The translations under genes and the position numbers were made by a program. Positions 24,831 to 38,976 of a DNA stretch of 64,000 bases are shown here, piece by piece; the first letter of the stretch is position 1; each line of letters begins with the position of its first letter. The notes under the pieces were generated by a model. The model saw only the letters and a program-made list of their open reading frames with translations, ran no database searches and was not told where the DNA came from. This DNA comes from Balanoglossus misakiensis (Eukaryota > Animalia > Hemichordata), in contig CM082593.2 in the NCBI GenBank assembly GCA_040954595.2, positions 11,855,477 to 11,919,476 on the forward strand, given 5' to 3'.

Positions 24831-25842
24831 AAGGGACAGCAGCTTAGCTCTATTCCTTTTCCAAAGTGTTTGTTCTTTTAAACTACCTGTTTTTTATTTA
24901 TTCTGATTATGCTAATATGCTAATTTGTCGGTTTGTCACATCACAATTTTTGTAGGAAACTCACCCCTGGGAATTTTTTTCAGCCACTGACATACATTCA
25001 TAATCACATGACATTGATGATCATGGAAAATTTGACCCTTTTCCTTGTAGGACTCAACCAGTATCCACCAAATCCGTGCCAGAATGGTGGCTTCTGTCAA
25101 CCGGCTCGAAATTCCTGCTTTGATCTCACCTGCATATGTACTGGTTGCTACAAAGGTGATAGGTGTGAGATATGTAAGTATACAGCGCAGTCTCTTTTAC
25201 CTTTTGTCTCTGATGCATTCAAATACTGCATGTTTCCTGAGCATAGGTGTAGCCATCACCACAGCAGAGCTTGGAGCGTTCTTGACATCGAATGCAAGAT
25301 TACACTCTTCCCAATCAAAATCACTTTCGTAGCGCATAATGTCTTGATTGTCTTAGTTCAAGAAACATTATGCGCGACTGGCCAATTTTACAGCCTTTTG
25401 TCAACGCACATTCACTATGGAAATTCTCACTCCAGGCCAGATAGTGTAAATTTACATATGAGTCTACAGGTATGCTTGAAGTCAAGTCAAGCATTTGCAA
25501 GGAACCCTCCTCCAGTACACAGGTCTTTGATTTCATGAAGGGAAGCCCTTGCCTCACAGTCACTGCCACATGATCTATGGAGGTGTGAACAACTTGATAC
25601 CAGCCTAATATAAGTTGTAGGCACAATCACTCCACACACCCTTGCCATAATTCTGCAAGGTTTTTGCCATATCTGTACTGTAGAATGAGTAGCAAGGAAT
25701 AAAATGGCGTCCTTTCTTAATTTCCAGTGCAAAACCCCTGTGATCCCAACCCATGTATGAATGGTGGATTTTGCCAGCAAACATCGTGCAATTTCTATTC
25801 ATGCCAGTTAGTGAACTCTTACACAGGTGACATCTGTCAAAC

Positions 25843-26960
25843 CATAGACCCTAGAGAAAGAAGGACGAGCAACTGCGGCAAAGATCAAAGGGTTTGGGGA
25901 TTATCTGTATGATGATGTTCTTTTGCATATAATTAACACCCAGGACAGTTGGACAATGACTTCCTTACTTCGGCACATGTCGACCCCACCAGTGATGCGA
26001 AAACTTGCCACCAAACTGACACTCCTGCATTTCAGCAGCCACTGCGTTTTTTTCTAAAATTCTAAAAGTATTACGATGTCTGTGCTAATTATTATGGTCG
26101 TCTGTCGGATGAACGGTAATTTCTAGTGCCACAAGCTTCATTTAAAAATTGTAAACAAATCATCCATGCCAAATTCCTGTTTAACTTGTGCAGATGTGTT
26201 CCATAAATGATTGCTGCGTTCAACCACGTTGCAGTTTTCTCGTCTTCTGCGAGATGTTCTAAGGTGTTTGTGATAACTTCACGCAGAACACGAGACTTTG
26301 CATTAGTTTATACACAGTTTATTTGCAAATTGGATTATTGGGATTTACCTGGAAATAATGTATGCAAAAGAACATCATTTCAAGAAAAAACTGGAGCTGC
26401 GCGTCCTTCTTGCATGTCCGACTGGGCACTCATATTTCTTGGTAACGCTGACACTTTTCGTAATAATTTTATGTTTTCGTGAAGTATTGAAACAAAAATT
26501 GTGGTTTAGGGGCATTTTATTTCGCAGTGCGTGAACAATAAAACAGATTTCACGAAAACAATTTATAAACAAACTGGCTGGATTTTCATGTGTGCGCTAT
26601 TGCCGCCAGGCAACCCTCGGTACGGTTAGCTCACAGCCTTGTGAAATACCCGGACTGTTAGACAAAAGATGCTTGTTTTGGACGCTGTCAGACTCAGAGG
26701 TGCCAAATTCCTGTTTAACTTGTGCAGATGTGTTCCATAAATGATTGCTGCGTTCAACCACGTTGCAGTTTTCTCGTCTTCTGCGAGATGTTCTAAGGTG
26801 TTTGTGATAACTTCACGCAAAACGCGAGACTTTGCGTTAGTTTATACACAGTTTATTTGCAAATTGGATTATTGGGATTTACCTGGAAATAATGTATGCA
26901 AAAGAACATCATTTCAAGAAAAAACTGGAGTTGCGCGTCCTTCTTTCTCTAGGGTCCATG
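25843..26960. mobile_element. P-element-like TIR element, copy 2
   Basis: Same TIRs, TSD and internal duplication as 10918-12035. Confidence 0.8.
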
Positions 26961-27214
26961 GTCAAACAAGTGAGTATATACTTTCAAGACACCCTGCAAA
27001 CAAACAAGCAATCTTTATTCCGTAGATCTTTAAGCATATTTATGCATTGTATATTTTGATGTGAAACTTCAAATTTTATTGGTCTTGTTGCCAAACTTCT
27101 GAAGAAATGAGGATATTGTTTTGAAGGGTATTTTATCAGTAGATAACAAATACCATGGCCCTCCATGCAAATACCCACATGGTAAATTAAAACTGTTACA
27201 GGTGTATTTGATTT

Positions 27215-27528
27215 AAGCAATAAAACACCCCCAGCCATGGTATACCACGAGATTTTGACCAGTTCACGACATATACGCACGAGCGATAGCGAGTGCGTAT
27301 ATGGAGTTGAACTGGTCAAAATCGAGTGGTATACCATGGCTGGGGGTGTTTTATTGCTATTATATTATGCCAGTATATTGAAACTTTGCATAAAACATTT
27401 TAAAAAGGCATTTTCTTTGACTATGATATATGACTGTGGTATATGGCTAATATATCCTGGTCACGTGTCGTGTCTCGACCAATCAAATAGCGTGATTTAC
27501 ACCTTCAATATACTGATATAATATAATT
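27215..27528. mobile_element. Double-hairpin element, copy 2
   Basis: Same element at the orthologous site. Confidence 0.7.
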
Positions 27529-30500
27529 CCACATATGGATTACATGTGGGATAATATTGGGTGCTGGCAGTTTCAGTAAATGAACTGCTCTTAAAAGTTG
27601 GGTGTCAGGGCACCCTTGACTTCTTATTGTTCAGTTATACATTTAGGAGGCTCAGTTATAGGAGAACCCGATAGAACCACAGCTGTAGGAATTAGGGAAA
27701 TGGTCATACCCTAAAAAACTTATGTCACTACTATTTTTTTTTCATGCCATTGAAACAGAACAAACTCCATGTAGGCCAAGTCCATGCCTGAACAATGGGC
27801 GGTGTACTCAGCTGTCTTGTACAACTTATGAGTGTACTTGTCCAGGATGTTTCACCGGCACACACTGCAGCCAGTGTAAAACTCATTAAAACAAACATTT
27901 GTCATGCAGGAACTAACATTTACAATCATGTCTCAATACATTGTCTGTTGGTCATACTTTATATTTTCATCTTCAGCATCACACCTTGGTCCTTGGGAAT
28001 CGGTCACCTCAAAAATGATGTACAGCTGAAAGAAAACATGTTTATTTGAAGAAAAAACTGTTGATCGTTCATGAAAATTTTCCCTACACAAGATACATAT
28101 ACAGAGATTTTCATAGCCCCATAAGTGCGTCCCAGGATGAGCAAGTTGTTTTTGGAAGTGAAGTTCCGTTCAGTATTTACAGTAATGGTAATGATGATGT
28201 TTTCATCAAACAGATTTTGAAAGTAAATATTGCTGAGATAACATTAGGTTGCACTTTTTATTGCAGTCCAAGATCCAGGCCAGCGAAACAGCTGTCTCAA
28301 CGGGGCTGTATGTAATGCAGTGGCCAACTCCTGCACGGCATATACCTGTGCCTGTACTGGTTGCTATGAGGGTAACCGTTGTGAAATATGTAAGTTTCTG
28401 ACGTACCGTAAATGACAATCTTTTGGGCACTTTCTCTTCATGGCAATTGAATTGTGTGGTAACTTCTCATTTCTAAAATTTCCCCAAGAGAAAAGAAAGG
28501 AAAAGGAAACAGAAATTTCATTTGTATGTCCGTGCAATTTAGGATAGGCACGAACTTGTGAGGAAGTGTACGAAGTTGGATGTTTTCATCACTCAAATAT
28601 ACAAGAGTTGCCTCTTGAAGACTAGTGTCTGTAGAGATAATTGTGCATGTGAGGTAATCTCTCCTAAGGTGGTGCACACCTCTGAGTATTAAGTAAAAGA
28701 GACGTCCTTAATTATCCTTACTATTTGGCTTGAAAAATCAATCTTACTAGGTGTTCTGATTAGAGAGGTGTCCATAAAGACAGGTTTTACTGTATTACCC
28801 AAAATAGAGACATTGTCCCTTCATCATATACTTAATGCGTGTTCTGGGTATGGTTCCAGTATAATGCTTGTGTCAAAGGATTTTGTTGTGGTGCAGGAAT
28901 CATCTTTGGTTGAGGTGTAGCCATCTGCATTTCATGTGTTTTAAACTATTTTTTTTTTCTGATTGTCATTAACCCATGTGATCAGAATCCGTGTCAAAAT
29001 GGAGGCTATTGTTCCAAAACACCAAATTCTTATACTGACTACACCTGTTACTGCCAGTAGTGTTGGACTGGGGCCATCTGTGCCGTAGGTGTGTCGAATT
29101 ACTGTTTTATGACACAGCGTGGTATATAAACCCTCATTTTTGGTATTCTCAATGTGATAGATGGACCCATACACCAATAAATGGGGTGGAAGCATTACTA
29201 AGTTTCATCCTTTCAAAATTTGCTGATGTAGGGTCAAAATTGAGTGTGAGGTGCATGTTAAAAAGGAAAGCCTTCTGTATCATGTTGATGGCACATTTTT
29301 TTAATTTTTCAAGATTCTTACAGAAAAATCCTAGCAATAGCATCATTATGTTATTTTAAATGTAAAGGTTTGAAACAAGGAATAAAGACATTGCTCACAT
29401 ATTTAAACGAAATGAACATCACAAGTACATGTACAAGTTTTTGACAAGCAGGTAATTGATACTTTCATTTTTGTTTTGGCAGCCATTGATCAGTTATACC
29501 CTATGCCTTGTCAAAATGGTGGCACATGCGTTGCGTGAGACGGCTGTTTCCTGTTTGACTGTATGTGTACCGAATGCTTCACTGGTGCCACATGTACAAT
29601 GCGTAAGTACTAACCAATATTATTTTATTCAATGCAAAACACTTGTTATATATTATATAATATAAGTACGGTACACATATTAAAGCCCTGGTAACTCAAA
29701 CTTTGGGCTAGCTTAATGTTATCACTATTTTTGTTTTCGGTTGCAACTGTGGTTTCTTGTCACACTCTAAAGGATTTCACAGCATTTGGTTTTTCAAAAC
29801 AGCCCTTTGGTTGTTGTCATGTATACATGTACATGACTGTGGAGTGTAGTTTGTAGATTCTGTAATTTTGACAATATCTTGACTGCACATCCCACAGCTG
29901 TCAACCAGTGTCAACCCATCCAGTGTCGGAATGGTGGAAACTGTGTGCTGACGCCCAATTGGTGTACTGAATTCACATGCTCCTGTACAAGCTGTTACTC
30001 CGGCGATTTATGTCAGACATGTGAGTGATTTTAAATGTCAGATGAAGAGGAACATAATAACATAACACATAATCGGCTTGCAGTTGGTTTCTTCCAACCT
30101 GTATCAAACAGTGAATAACGACACAATTTTGGGGAAATTTATTAAGAATGTGTGTGCCATAAAAGGGGATTGTGTATTTGACCAAATAACAACCTGCAAC
30201 GTATGGTACACTAAGACACTATTACACCTGTGTCAAAATTTCATTACGTTTCTTTTGTTGAACATGGAAGAAATTTGTCACAGTGATGTTCTGTTGACCA
30301 ACTGAGATTTTTACCACTCAACCCTGACTGCACAAATCTGTTTAAAGTATATGTAGTAAATATTAACTGTACACAATTTATATCACTTTCTCTTCTGTGC
30401 ACAGATTTGAATCCGTGTCAGCCCAACCCTTGTCTAAACAGTGGATTCTGCCAGCAAGTGTCCTGCACCGAGTTCAGATGCCAGAGTCCACGCTGTTTCA

Positions 30501-32646
30501 TCGGAACCACGTGCGCTGAACGTAAGCAAACCAGTGTCAGATTTCCCGCACAAAGTAGAAATCGCTGGGCTTTGTCATTGATATTGTCTGAATAAAGTTG
30601 CCTGTGATTGTGCAGCTAACCAAGAGACTTATATGCACTACGGTAGCCATGATGAATACTTTCATTGACTCAAATGCTCATCAGTGTAGATGTTGCTATT
30701 TTTCCAACCGTAAATTGAAACATCAGAAAGTTATGACATCAACTACCCCCACCCCCACCCCACCCACCCCCAACTAGTAAATATTATAAGATTCTGTAAT
30801 TATGATAAAGATGGTAGCACCAAGCTTGGATCAAGTGGTCTTCATTATCCTTCACACATGAACATGATCACACGGATGTGCAATCTTCTGACAGTCTGCT
30901 ACAGATTTCACTTCCCACTCAAGTGTGTAAGACCCTAATGTGATACTTTTTCATTTCTCTCACCCTTAGCGATCAACCAGTGTCTTCTAAACCCATGTCT
31001 GAATAACGGAGTGTATCAGCCACTTCAAGGCTCCTGCTCAATCTACACCTGCAACTGTCCAACCTGCTACACTGGGCAAACATGTGTTACATGTAAGTCA
31101 CAAGTTTTTAGGTCCCATTGGTATGTACCATGGGAACTTATGGGATTGGTTACGTCTGTATGTATGGATGGATGGATGGATGTATGTCTGTATGTCCGTC
31201 CACATGAAAAACTTGAAAACCGCAGCGCGTATGACCTCGATATTTGGCGTGTAGATGCAGGCAGGGCTGTAGATGGGAGTTTGTTCAAATGAAGATGTCA
31301 TTGCCAAAAATATGCAAATTAGCTGGGAAAATGTGAAATTGGTCAAAACTCAAAAACTGGACAACCACTGGTCATATTGATTTGAAAAATGGTATGCATG
31401 TACCTTATATCAACCTCATACAACCCTGTATGTTTTGAGCTAATATTATCGATTTCCTATTTTTTTTGCATTTTTTTGTATTTTTCCATGTTATTGGTAA
31501 AAGTCTTTGAAATTTAGTATGAAGCCTCCTAATGTTGTCTAAGTAACCATAGTTTTGTTCAAATTGTTGCAAAATTTGCATATCTATAATTTTGAGCATT
31601 ATTTGCCATTTTTGGTCAAAAAATGTTTTTCTTTAAAACCTCATGCCAGATTGCTTTGCAATTTGGTAGGCATGTTCGTAGGGGTAACCTAAATAATATG
31701 TTGTAAAAAATGTGATATTTGCATAAATGTGTTATCGGGGAAACTTTTGCAATTTTTGTCAAAAATTGTTTTCACTGAAACCGCTTATCCTATTGCATTG
31801 AACTTAGGCAGCATGTTCCTTGTAGTGATTGAAGTAGGATATTGTACAATTTTGGTGATATTTGCATATTTGTGTTTTTGCCACTTTTGAACAAATATTT
31901 TCTGTGAAACTGCTTGTTGGATTGCTTTGAAATTAGTTTTTTCTCTGATTGCTTTGAAATTTAGGATATAATTTCATAACACATACCTGTATATGTGCAA
32001 CTTTTATTCAATTCTGAGATCAGAAAGATTAAATATTTAGCGAGTTTTTTTGGTAAGTTTCTTTGTTTTTGGTTAGCAAATCTTCTCCTAAACAAATTGT
32101 CCAGTTGTTTTTAAAGTTACTATTTACAAGGAGTTGTTACCTCGAACAAAGACATGTTTACATAACTTAAATAGGCCAGCTGTTACAGAGACCACCAGCT
32201 ATCACATTTTAATTACCAGTGGCAGGTCAGTGTGTGTCTGTTCCAGGGCTGACTGAAAGAAGTTGCTTCGCATATGTGTTTGTGTACAGACAATTTTTGG
32301 TCAATTTTTTTTTCTAGCACCACTTGTAAGACTGCCATGACACTTGACAGTTTATTGGGCATGTTCCTTGTTAATGTTTTTACATTGCATATTTCTATAT
32401 GGTCAGATCATAAGTGCTTGCAAATGTCACCTGTAATTTTTATTCTGCTGTGTCACTGTTTCCGCATAATCCTCAAATGTCATCAGATCTCCGAATGTGA
32501 TGAAAACAGTGTGTTTTGAGTGGGTTTTTTTAATGACCTTTTGGGTTAAAAGTGGCAAAAATGGCAATTTTGTCTTCAAAGGGGTCAATAAGACTGACTT
32601 TTTTGGAATCAGCACCATTTTTTACATTGAATGGACTAGTCTGCTC

Positions 32647-33111
32647 GCTGGCTGCTGATGAGCTCTCTTTTGTTTATTTGGTTTCTAGCGTTGATGGCGC
32701 TGTTTTCTGACCGCATTCACAGATGCCGTATCTGCACCATTATTTTGGGTTTTCTCCTCAATCCCACTAGCCTGAACCTCTGATACCTCAAATGAACAGG
32801 CTGTACTCAGAAGATTCTCTAGTGTCGTCTCCTCCCGAAGAGCACGACGTCTGAGACGGGCTGATGTGAATCCTCGTATGATTTGTGATTTGACCTCTTG
32901 ATCCGGCTAGCTGATTCTCCGTGTTCTCTGTCCTCGTCGCAAAATATAGAATCGTGGGTGGGCAATAATGACAACACGAGACACCAAGTCCGGCATGTAA
33001 GAGTGAGAGTGCCTAGCCTCGTTCACGCACTTTATTCATAATGACCCGAATGTTTACGTCATTTTACAGAATGTATAAAGTATAGATGCTCACCAGTGTT
33101 TGGACACTACA
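32647..33111 (-). mobile_element. Gypsy relic, copy 2 (LTR and gag start only)
   Basis: Matches 52367-52831. Confidence 0.78.
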
Positions 33112-34182
33112 ATATACATGTGACTGCAGTGTCTTTCCAATCATGAATTTGCAAGGTGTCCTTCGGAGAAAATCTTCTGATTCTCTTTTCTGATTTGCTT
33201 TGCATATATGACTTAATGATCTCATTTGTTGGAATTCCCTGTCCCAAATTTTTGATGATCAGTCTCTGCCCCATTGCTCATCGTCCCAACTTTCTTGTGT
33301 ATTGAAAACCAGGAATCAACCAATGCGATCCCAATCCGTGCTTGAACAGTGGTTTCTGCCAGATGACATCTGGATCATGTGAACTGTACACATGTTTCTG
33401 TCAGAATTGTTTTCACTGGTGACCTTTGTGAACAAAGTAAGTTTTGATTTATTGTCTTGGGATAATAATTTATACAGTTTAAAGTATCACCATTTCTTTC
33501 AATATGTAGATTTTTTGTTTTTCTCTACAAGTGTAATCAAGATCTGCATGAAAATTTGTGTCGCTGTCACCGAACCCAGCTAGTCCATACAACCAACAGT
33601 ATGAATCACCACCTCATGCTGGGCGTAGCCATAGGCTATACATGCCTGCCGGTATCGAAGGCCATTATGAGTATTGGTACCAGACCCCTTTTGAGAATGA
33701 ATCATGGTTCCACCCTTATGGTAAAAAGTAAGATTACTCCATGCTAATAAATAACAATATTAGAATGAAAGTACATTCCAAGTGACTTGTTGGGAGTATC
33801 GGGCCACTTAATCCCGAAAAATTGCAATCAGCCTGATTTTCAGTTAACCAATCTAAAGCCCAACTTTTCGTGTATTTAGTTGGGTTTCTAAAACTAACAA
33901 ATTTTTTGACAATATTTATGGCATGATGAACACTACTCTCATTAAATAAAATAATGTTGTGTCGTCCACAACTGGTGTAATTTTTATGTGTTTGGAATCG
34001 TAGACACCATTTATCTTTTAGTCAACTCTAAATCTAATATAACAGTCGCGAAAATTGCTATGACAAACAAAAAATGAAGTGCTGACAGGGGACACCCTTG
34101 TCAGATCCCTTTGGATGGAGAACATTTAGAGAAGACATTGCCATTTTTCAAACATCTAGTATGTGATTATTCATAGTTTTAA

Positions 34183-34474
34183 CCCTAACGCTGCCAAGTC
34201 AGTTTGATATCCAGGGTGCCTAGAATCCTGGCTCCCAGGCCTGTTAGGCTGCCAAGGGCGTGTTACGCAGTAGGGCCTATACAAGACCCTCAAACCAAAC
34301 CAGAGCAAACCAGTACGATTTAGTACATTTAAGGGGGGTTTAGACTGCCAAGTGTGTCTAACATATGAGAGCCATGGCAAGACAGTCAAAATACGTTTAG
34401 GAAGAAAAAATGGCAAATACATACTTTAAGGGACTTGACACTCTAAACAGGTATGACACCTAGTAGCATTAGGG
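34183..34474. mobile_element. piggyBac-like MITE (also 53903-54187)
   Basis: TTAA|ccctaacgctgcca ... tagtagcattaggg|TTAA. Confidence 0.72.
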
Positions 34475-34480
34475 TTAAAA

Positions 34481-36298
34481 TATAGCTGCAAGCCAAAATG
34501 GTCATCTGAGGTCACCCGAAATTTGAGCAAAATTTTTTGACCCCATACTGGTCCAGGTCCATCAGAAACCAAACCTTCAGCCCTATTGGTTCGCCTGGAA
34601 TTAGGTATGCACATAATTAATGAGTTAAGCAGTTGTACAGGTGACCTCAAAATTCGGCTTTTCATTTTAGTCCCATCCCTCGAAATGCTAAGGCTGTACC
34701 TGCTCTGGAGGCCGAGATATGAGAAAGTAGATCACCTGAGGTCACCCAAAATATTATGGAAAAAATTGGACCCCACACTTGTCCATGTCCAACAGAAACA
34801 AAACCTCTAGCCCTATTGGTAAGCCTAGAATTAGGTATGCACATAATTAATTAGGTCAAAGGTCAAGGAGTAACAAGTACATGTGTATGCTTCATCCCAC
34901 CAAATATGAAGTCTGTCGGTCTAATAGTTACGTACTTATGAGCATTTATGTTATATATAGTTCAAAGGTCACCGAGGTCACGTGACATTGCGGCGAAATG
35001 ATTTGGTCCAATAGTTGTACCTGTCCACCAAAAATGAGCTCCCTAGGTGTATTAGTTAGCGTAGAAGTAGATATGTGTTTTTCAAGGTGGGTCAAAGGTC
35101 AAGGGGTCACCCGAAATTTGGCTTCTCATTTCGGCCCCTTGGTCAGTCCCTGTTCACTCCATAAATGGAGACGTGTTCTGCGCAACCGCAGTACGTGTAA
35201 CCTCGTGAACTCAGATGTGCACATGCGTACAGCAGTCCCTGTTCACACCATAAATGGAGACGTGTTCTGTGCAACCACAGCTGGACCTGTGAAAGATTAA
35301 ATCCGATCGACATATTTAGTTTCCGTATATTATATTGACCAATGCAGACTAAGTCTAATAGAATTACTACATGTAGTATATCGTGTATAATACACACGTT
35401 TGGCAATATTGCACTTTGAGTGTTAGATGCAGACGTGTATACCCGATCTAAATTTCCGACCTACACATGTACATGTATCACTGTTCACATGTACATACAC
35501 CGTAACTGCGTTCTGAAAATAACATGGTATTTTCAAAATGTTACCCCAGATTACCCCATCATGTGAGAGCCATGAAACTCACACCCATTGTCCAGCAGTA
35601 GTTAGTTGACTATCCTATTCACTCAAAACAAAAAGAACGGGTGTGAAAAAGTCACTAAAACAGCATTGATACAGAGGTGTATAACACTGTCCATGATTTC
35701 AAGAGAAAAACATGAACACAGCCCAGTCACTGTATGTGGCGATATCTTTCTAAGTATTTCACTCAACTTGTACAGACGATGCCATGCTGTCTTCTGGAAT
35801 GTGCTGGTAACGTCACACATCAAAACATATTGATGATGCCCTTCCCTGCGGCTCGGGCATCATCAATATTATTAAGGTCAAAGATCACCATCCCTTGTGC
35901 AGGCAACAGATCATGATATAGCCCTCGCTAACATGTGTTATTATTTAAATACGATGTTGTCATAGCTTTACTATGCGGGTATAGTAAAGCCTATGCCTTG
36001 GTCCAGACCCCCCATGGTCAATGAAAAAATATGAAATATAATGATCAAAAATCTTCTTCTCAAAATCGGCATACCCTAATTTGAAAATTTCGCCCTTATA
36101 TGGTCATCAGGTCACTTGACTAATTTAACATTCACGGACGTACTGCACCAGATCTCATTGGCCTGCATCATTGTGCCATATTTGAGAATTGTAGGTTTAG
36201 CCGTTTTCAAGATCCTAGTGGCCGATGAAAGTGCCAAAGAAGAAGAAAAATGCCAGCAATACCAATAGGGGCCCCGCCCATAGGGGCTTGGGCCCCTA
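34481..36298 (-). mobile_element. Older HINE of the same family as the nest, interrupted internally (also ~54194-56011)
   Basis: Head hairpin at 36265-36298 (taggggccc..gggcccctaat) beside a (GAA)n run, truncated tail atagctgcaagc at 34482, and body repeats (gaggtcaccc, ccctattggttcgcctggaattaggtatgcacataattaatgag) like those in 1081-2558. Confidence 0.65.
35143..35280 (+). repeat. Short direct repeat (~48 bp x2; also ~54855-54992)
   Basis: cagtccctgttcac(t/a)ccataaatggagacgtgttctg(c/t)gcaacc(g/a)cag occurs twice, ~90 bp apart. Confidence 0.75.
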
Positions 36299-36785
36299 AT
36301 AAGTTAGTTGTAAAGTTATTACTGAGCTTGAATTTCACTAGCGACTAAAAGTAAACAAAAACTGATGGTCAAAGTATCACAAGCTTTATTTTGGTTTGAT
36401 GTAGGATGTAATATGCTTATAGCACACTGCCAAATTAATGCCAACCAATAAGACCGGTAGGATATGATCGAAAACCACATGTATTAATGTGTAAAAGGCC
36501 GAACTTCCCAATAAATTTGGGTAGCCGACTACAGACAGAGTCGAACCGATGCATGATCTGAAGTATCAAGACACATGGACTATTATTTATTGTTTCAACA
36601 ATTTGACTAAAGTTTATAATTTCCTATGGCAGTTTTTGCCGACAAGAACCAATGCCCGTCCAAACAAAATGGACATTTTCACATGATCTTTACTGAGGTC
36701 ACAAGTTAGCCAAGCCCTCATACACGCGCTATTCGGACGTATCGGTGATCTGTTTATGTGTTTAGCTAAGGTGGTAAATTGTTCA

Positions 36786-37680
36786 TCAATCAATCAATCA
36801 ATCAAAAGGACTTATAGAGCACCAAACTCCACTGCAATAGTGTTCAATAGCGCTTTACAATGTAAAGTTACTGTAAATAGGCTCTGTTAAACAGATAAGT
36901 CTTGATGTGTTTCTTGAAACTGTCAAGGCTAGGTGACTAGCATACTTCTATTGGGACACTGTTCCAAATGAGTGGGACGATATACGAAAAAGCATGATCG
37001 CCGTACGTTTTCTTCTTACTCCATGGTACATGAAGTAGAAATTTGTCATTTGAACGAAGAAGTCTTGTTGAAGTTTCTAGATGGATTAAGTCAGAGATGT
37101 AAGCTGGTGCTGTGTTGTTTAATGCCTTATATGTCATAAGCAAGATCTTGTATTGGATTCTATAGTGTACAGGCAACCAATGTAAATCCATGAGAACAGG
37201 AGTAATATGATCCGTTTTACGGGTACGAGAAACGATCCTGGCTGCAGAATTCAGGGCATGCTGTAGCATGCATGATGATGGTAAACCACAGAGTAGTGCA
37301 TTACAGTAGTTCAGTTTTGATGTGATTAGAGCATGAACCAGCATCTGGCAAACTTCCTTAGTGAGGTAACGGCGAATGTGGCTGATTTGACGCAGATGGA
37401 AGAAAATTGACTTGCAAATTGCATTAATGTGCTTATTGAAAGTGTAATTGTCGTCGAATGTCACACCTATATTCCGTGCAGAATTCACAATTTGAACACA
37501 ACATGATCCAATGCTCATGTGGTTTATGGGACGAGGCGAGCGGTTGAACTGAGACCTTATCAGGAGTACCTCGGTTTTGCCACCATTGAGTTGAAGTTTA
37601 TTATGTGTCATCCAGGTTTTTATTTCGTGAACTGCACTTTCCAGTTAAATATCGCAACTAGCCATAATGTTTGACTGGGG
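36786..37680 (-). mobile_element. 5'-truncated L2/CR1-clade LINE (RT C-terminal region)
   Basis: ORF 36937..37611 NKLQLNGGKTEVLL..ARNIGVTFD..LVHALITSKLNYCNALL..HITPVLMDLHWLPV; (TTGA)n tail at 36786-36805. Confidence 0.9.
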
Positions 37681-37927
37681 GGAGCACCTATACTAATGCG
37701 AGAACCAGGGATTGAAAGTTGCACCTGTGTTTTGATCCCTTAGTTACCCTTATAAGTACATTTGTAGTTTAATAACCATAGTTCTATTGCAAACCATTCT
37801 TTCCGTAGTTTCTTGTTTCAAATATTGTAATCTGAATTTATTTTGGTGTTTAACAGGTGTGATTATCTGTATTGGCGGCCATTTTGAAAAAAAATGGTTG
37901 ACATGGAAACTCTTCAACAGATATTTA

Positions 37928-38354
37928 TAGTCTCGGTTACCCAGAGCCCTCTGCTTCTTCCGTTAGGCACTCCAGAAAGAGGGTCTGGGGAAACCCGGAA
38001 GACAAATCGCCGGGCGGAATCGGGACAGCTGCGATGCATGACGGGAGCTTAATATTCCAAAATGGCGACGTCCTGCGCGCGAACCTCACGGCCGACATGT
38101 ATGTCATACGATAAAGAAAACATGCTGAGTAGTGCTAGACCTGCTAAAACTGTCTACAAATTGAAAAGAGAGAGAGAAGTTTGGTTAATAGTTTTCTAAT
38201 ATCGTCATATCATAATATCGTACCGAATATTAAGCTCCCGTCATGCATCGCAGCTGTCCCGATTCCGCCCGGCGATTTGTCTACCGGGTTTCCCCAGACC
38301 CTCTTTCTGGAGTGCCTAACGGAAGAAGCAGAGGGCTCTGGGTAACCGAGACTA
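37928..38354. mobile_element. 427-bp MITE with 130-bp TIRs and 10-bp TSD (AcademH-like)
   Basis: TAG..CTA termini; TIRs 37928-38057 / 38225-38354 with one mismatch; TSD cagatattta at 37918-37927 and 38355-38364. Confidence 0.85.
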
Positions 38355-38497
38355 CAGATATTTAGTGACTCGCTATCTGAATTCGTTCAGTACACATTAA
38401 CACACATCTGAGCCAAGTTTGGTGCTTTTATCACAAAATACACAATCGATATGAAAATTTGGGTTTTGGTGCTCCACTACATATTAAGTAACATTAA

Positions 38498-38910
38498 GGA
38501 TGTACGTTCAGTAAAATTGAAAGTATTGTCATTTTTTTTAATTGTGGATTTTTTTATTCTCCTTTGTATGTATAATGAAAATCCGTAATAAAATATAGGG
38601 GTCACCGGGCTTGTTTTTGAAATACAGAGCCATGAATTTGGTCGATAATAGAAGAAATCTGCTGACTCAGCATTTTTCACCAATGGTTTGTCTATGGGCA
38701 AAATTCTTAACGCAATTTATCTCAAAAAAGAGCGCGGTGACCCCTATATTTTATTTGACCAATGAATTTATATTTGCTGGACTGAGCTATGTGTACAATT
38801 TCGTGAAAATGACAATAGTAGAAGTTTGTTTTCTGGCGATTATCAATGTAATCCTATGGGAAAAAGACCGGGCGCGCAGTGTTTCCAGTTTATGTTCTGC
38901 GCGTACATCC
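38498..38910. mobile_element. Kolobok-like non-autonomous element (also 58210-58622)
   Basis: ttaa|ggatgtacg ... cgtacatcc|ttga; internal inverted repeat aaatataggggtcaccg / cggtgacccctatattt. Confidence 0.6.
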
Positions 38911-38976
38911 TTGATGAAGTTTGCTGGCTAGAGGGCTCTTAAACCTCCCTAATATTTGACATCTTTACTCCTACAG

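Larger units (their letters stand above)
23785..33436 (+). pseudogene. Multi-EGF-repeat gene fragment, copy 2
   Basis: Exons 23785-23914, 24144-24266, 25051-25173, 25728-25842, 27759-27875, 28267-28389, 28966-29088, 29483-29602, 29898-30020, 30405-30521, 30970-31092 and 33313-33436 (INQCDPNPCLNSGFCQMTSGSCELYTCFCQNC, +1 frameshift); shares the main lesions of copy 1. Confidence 0.88.
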
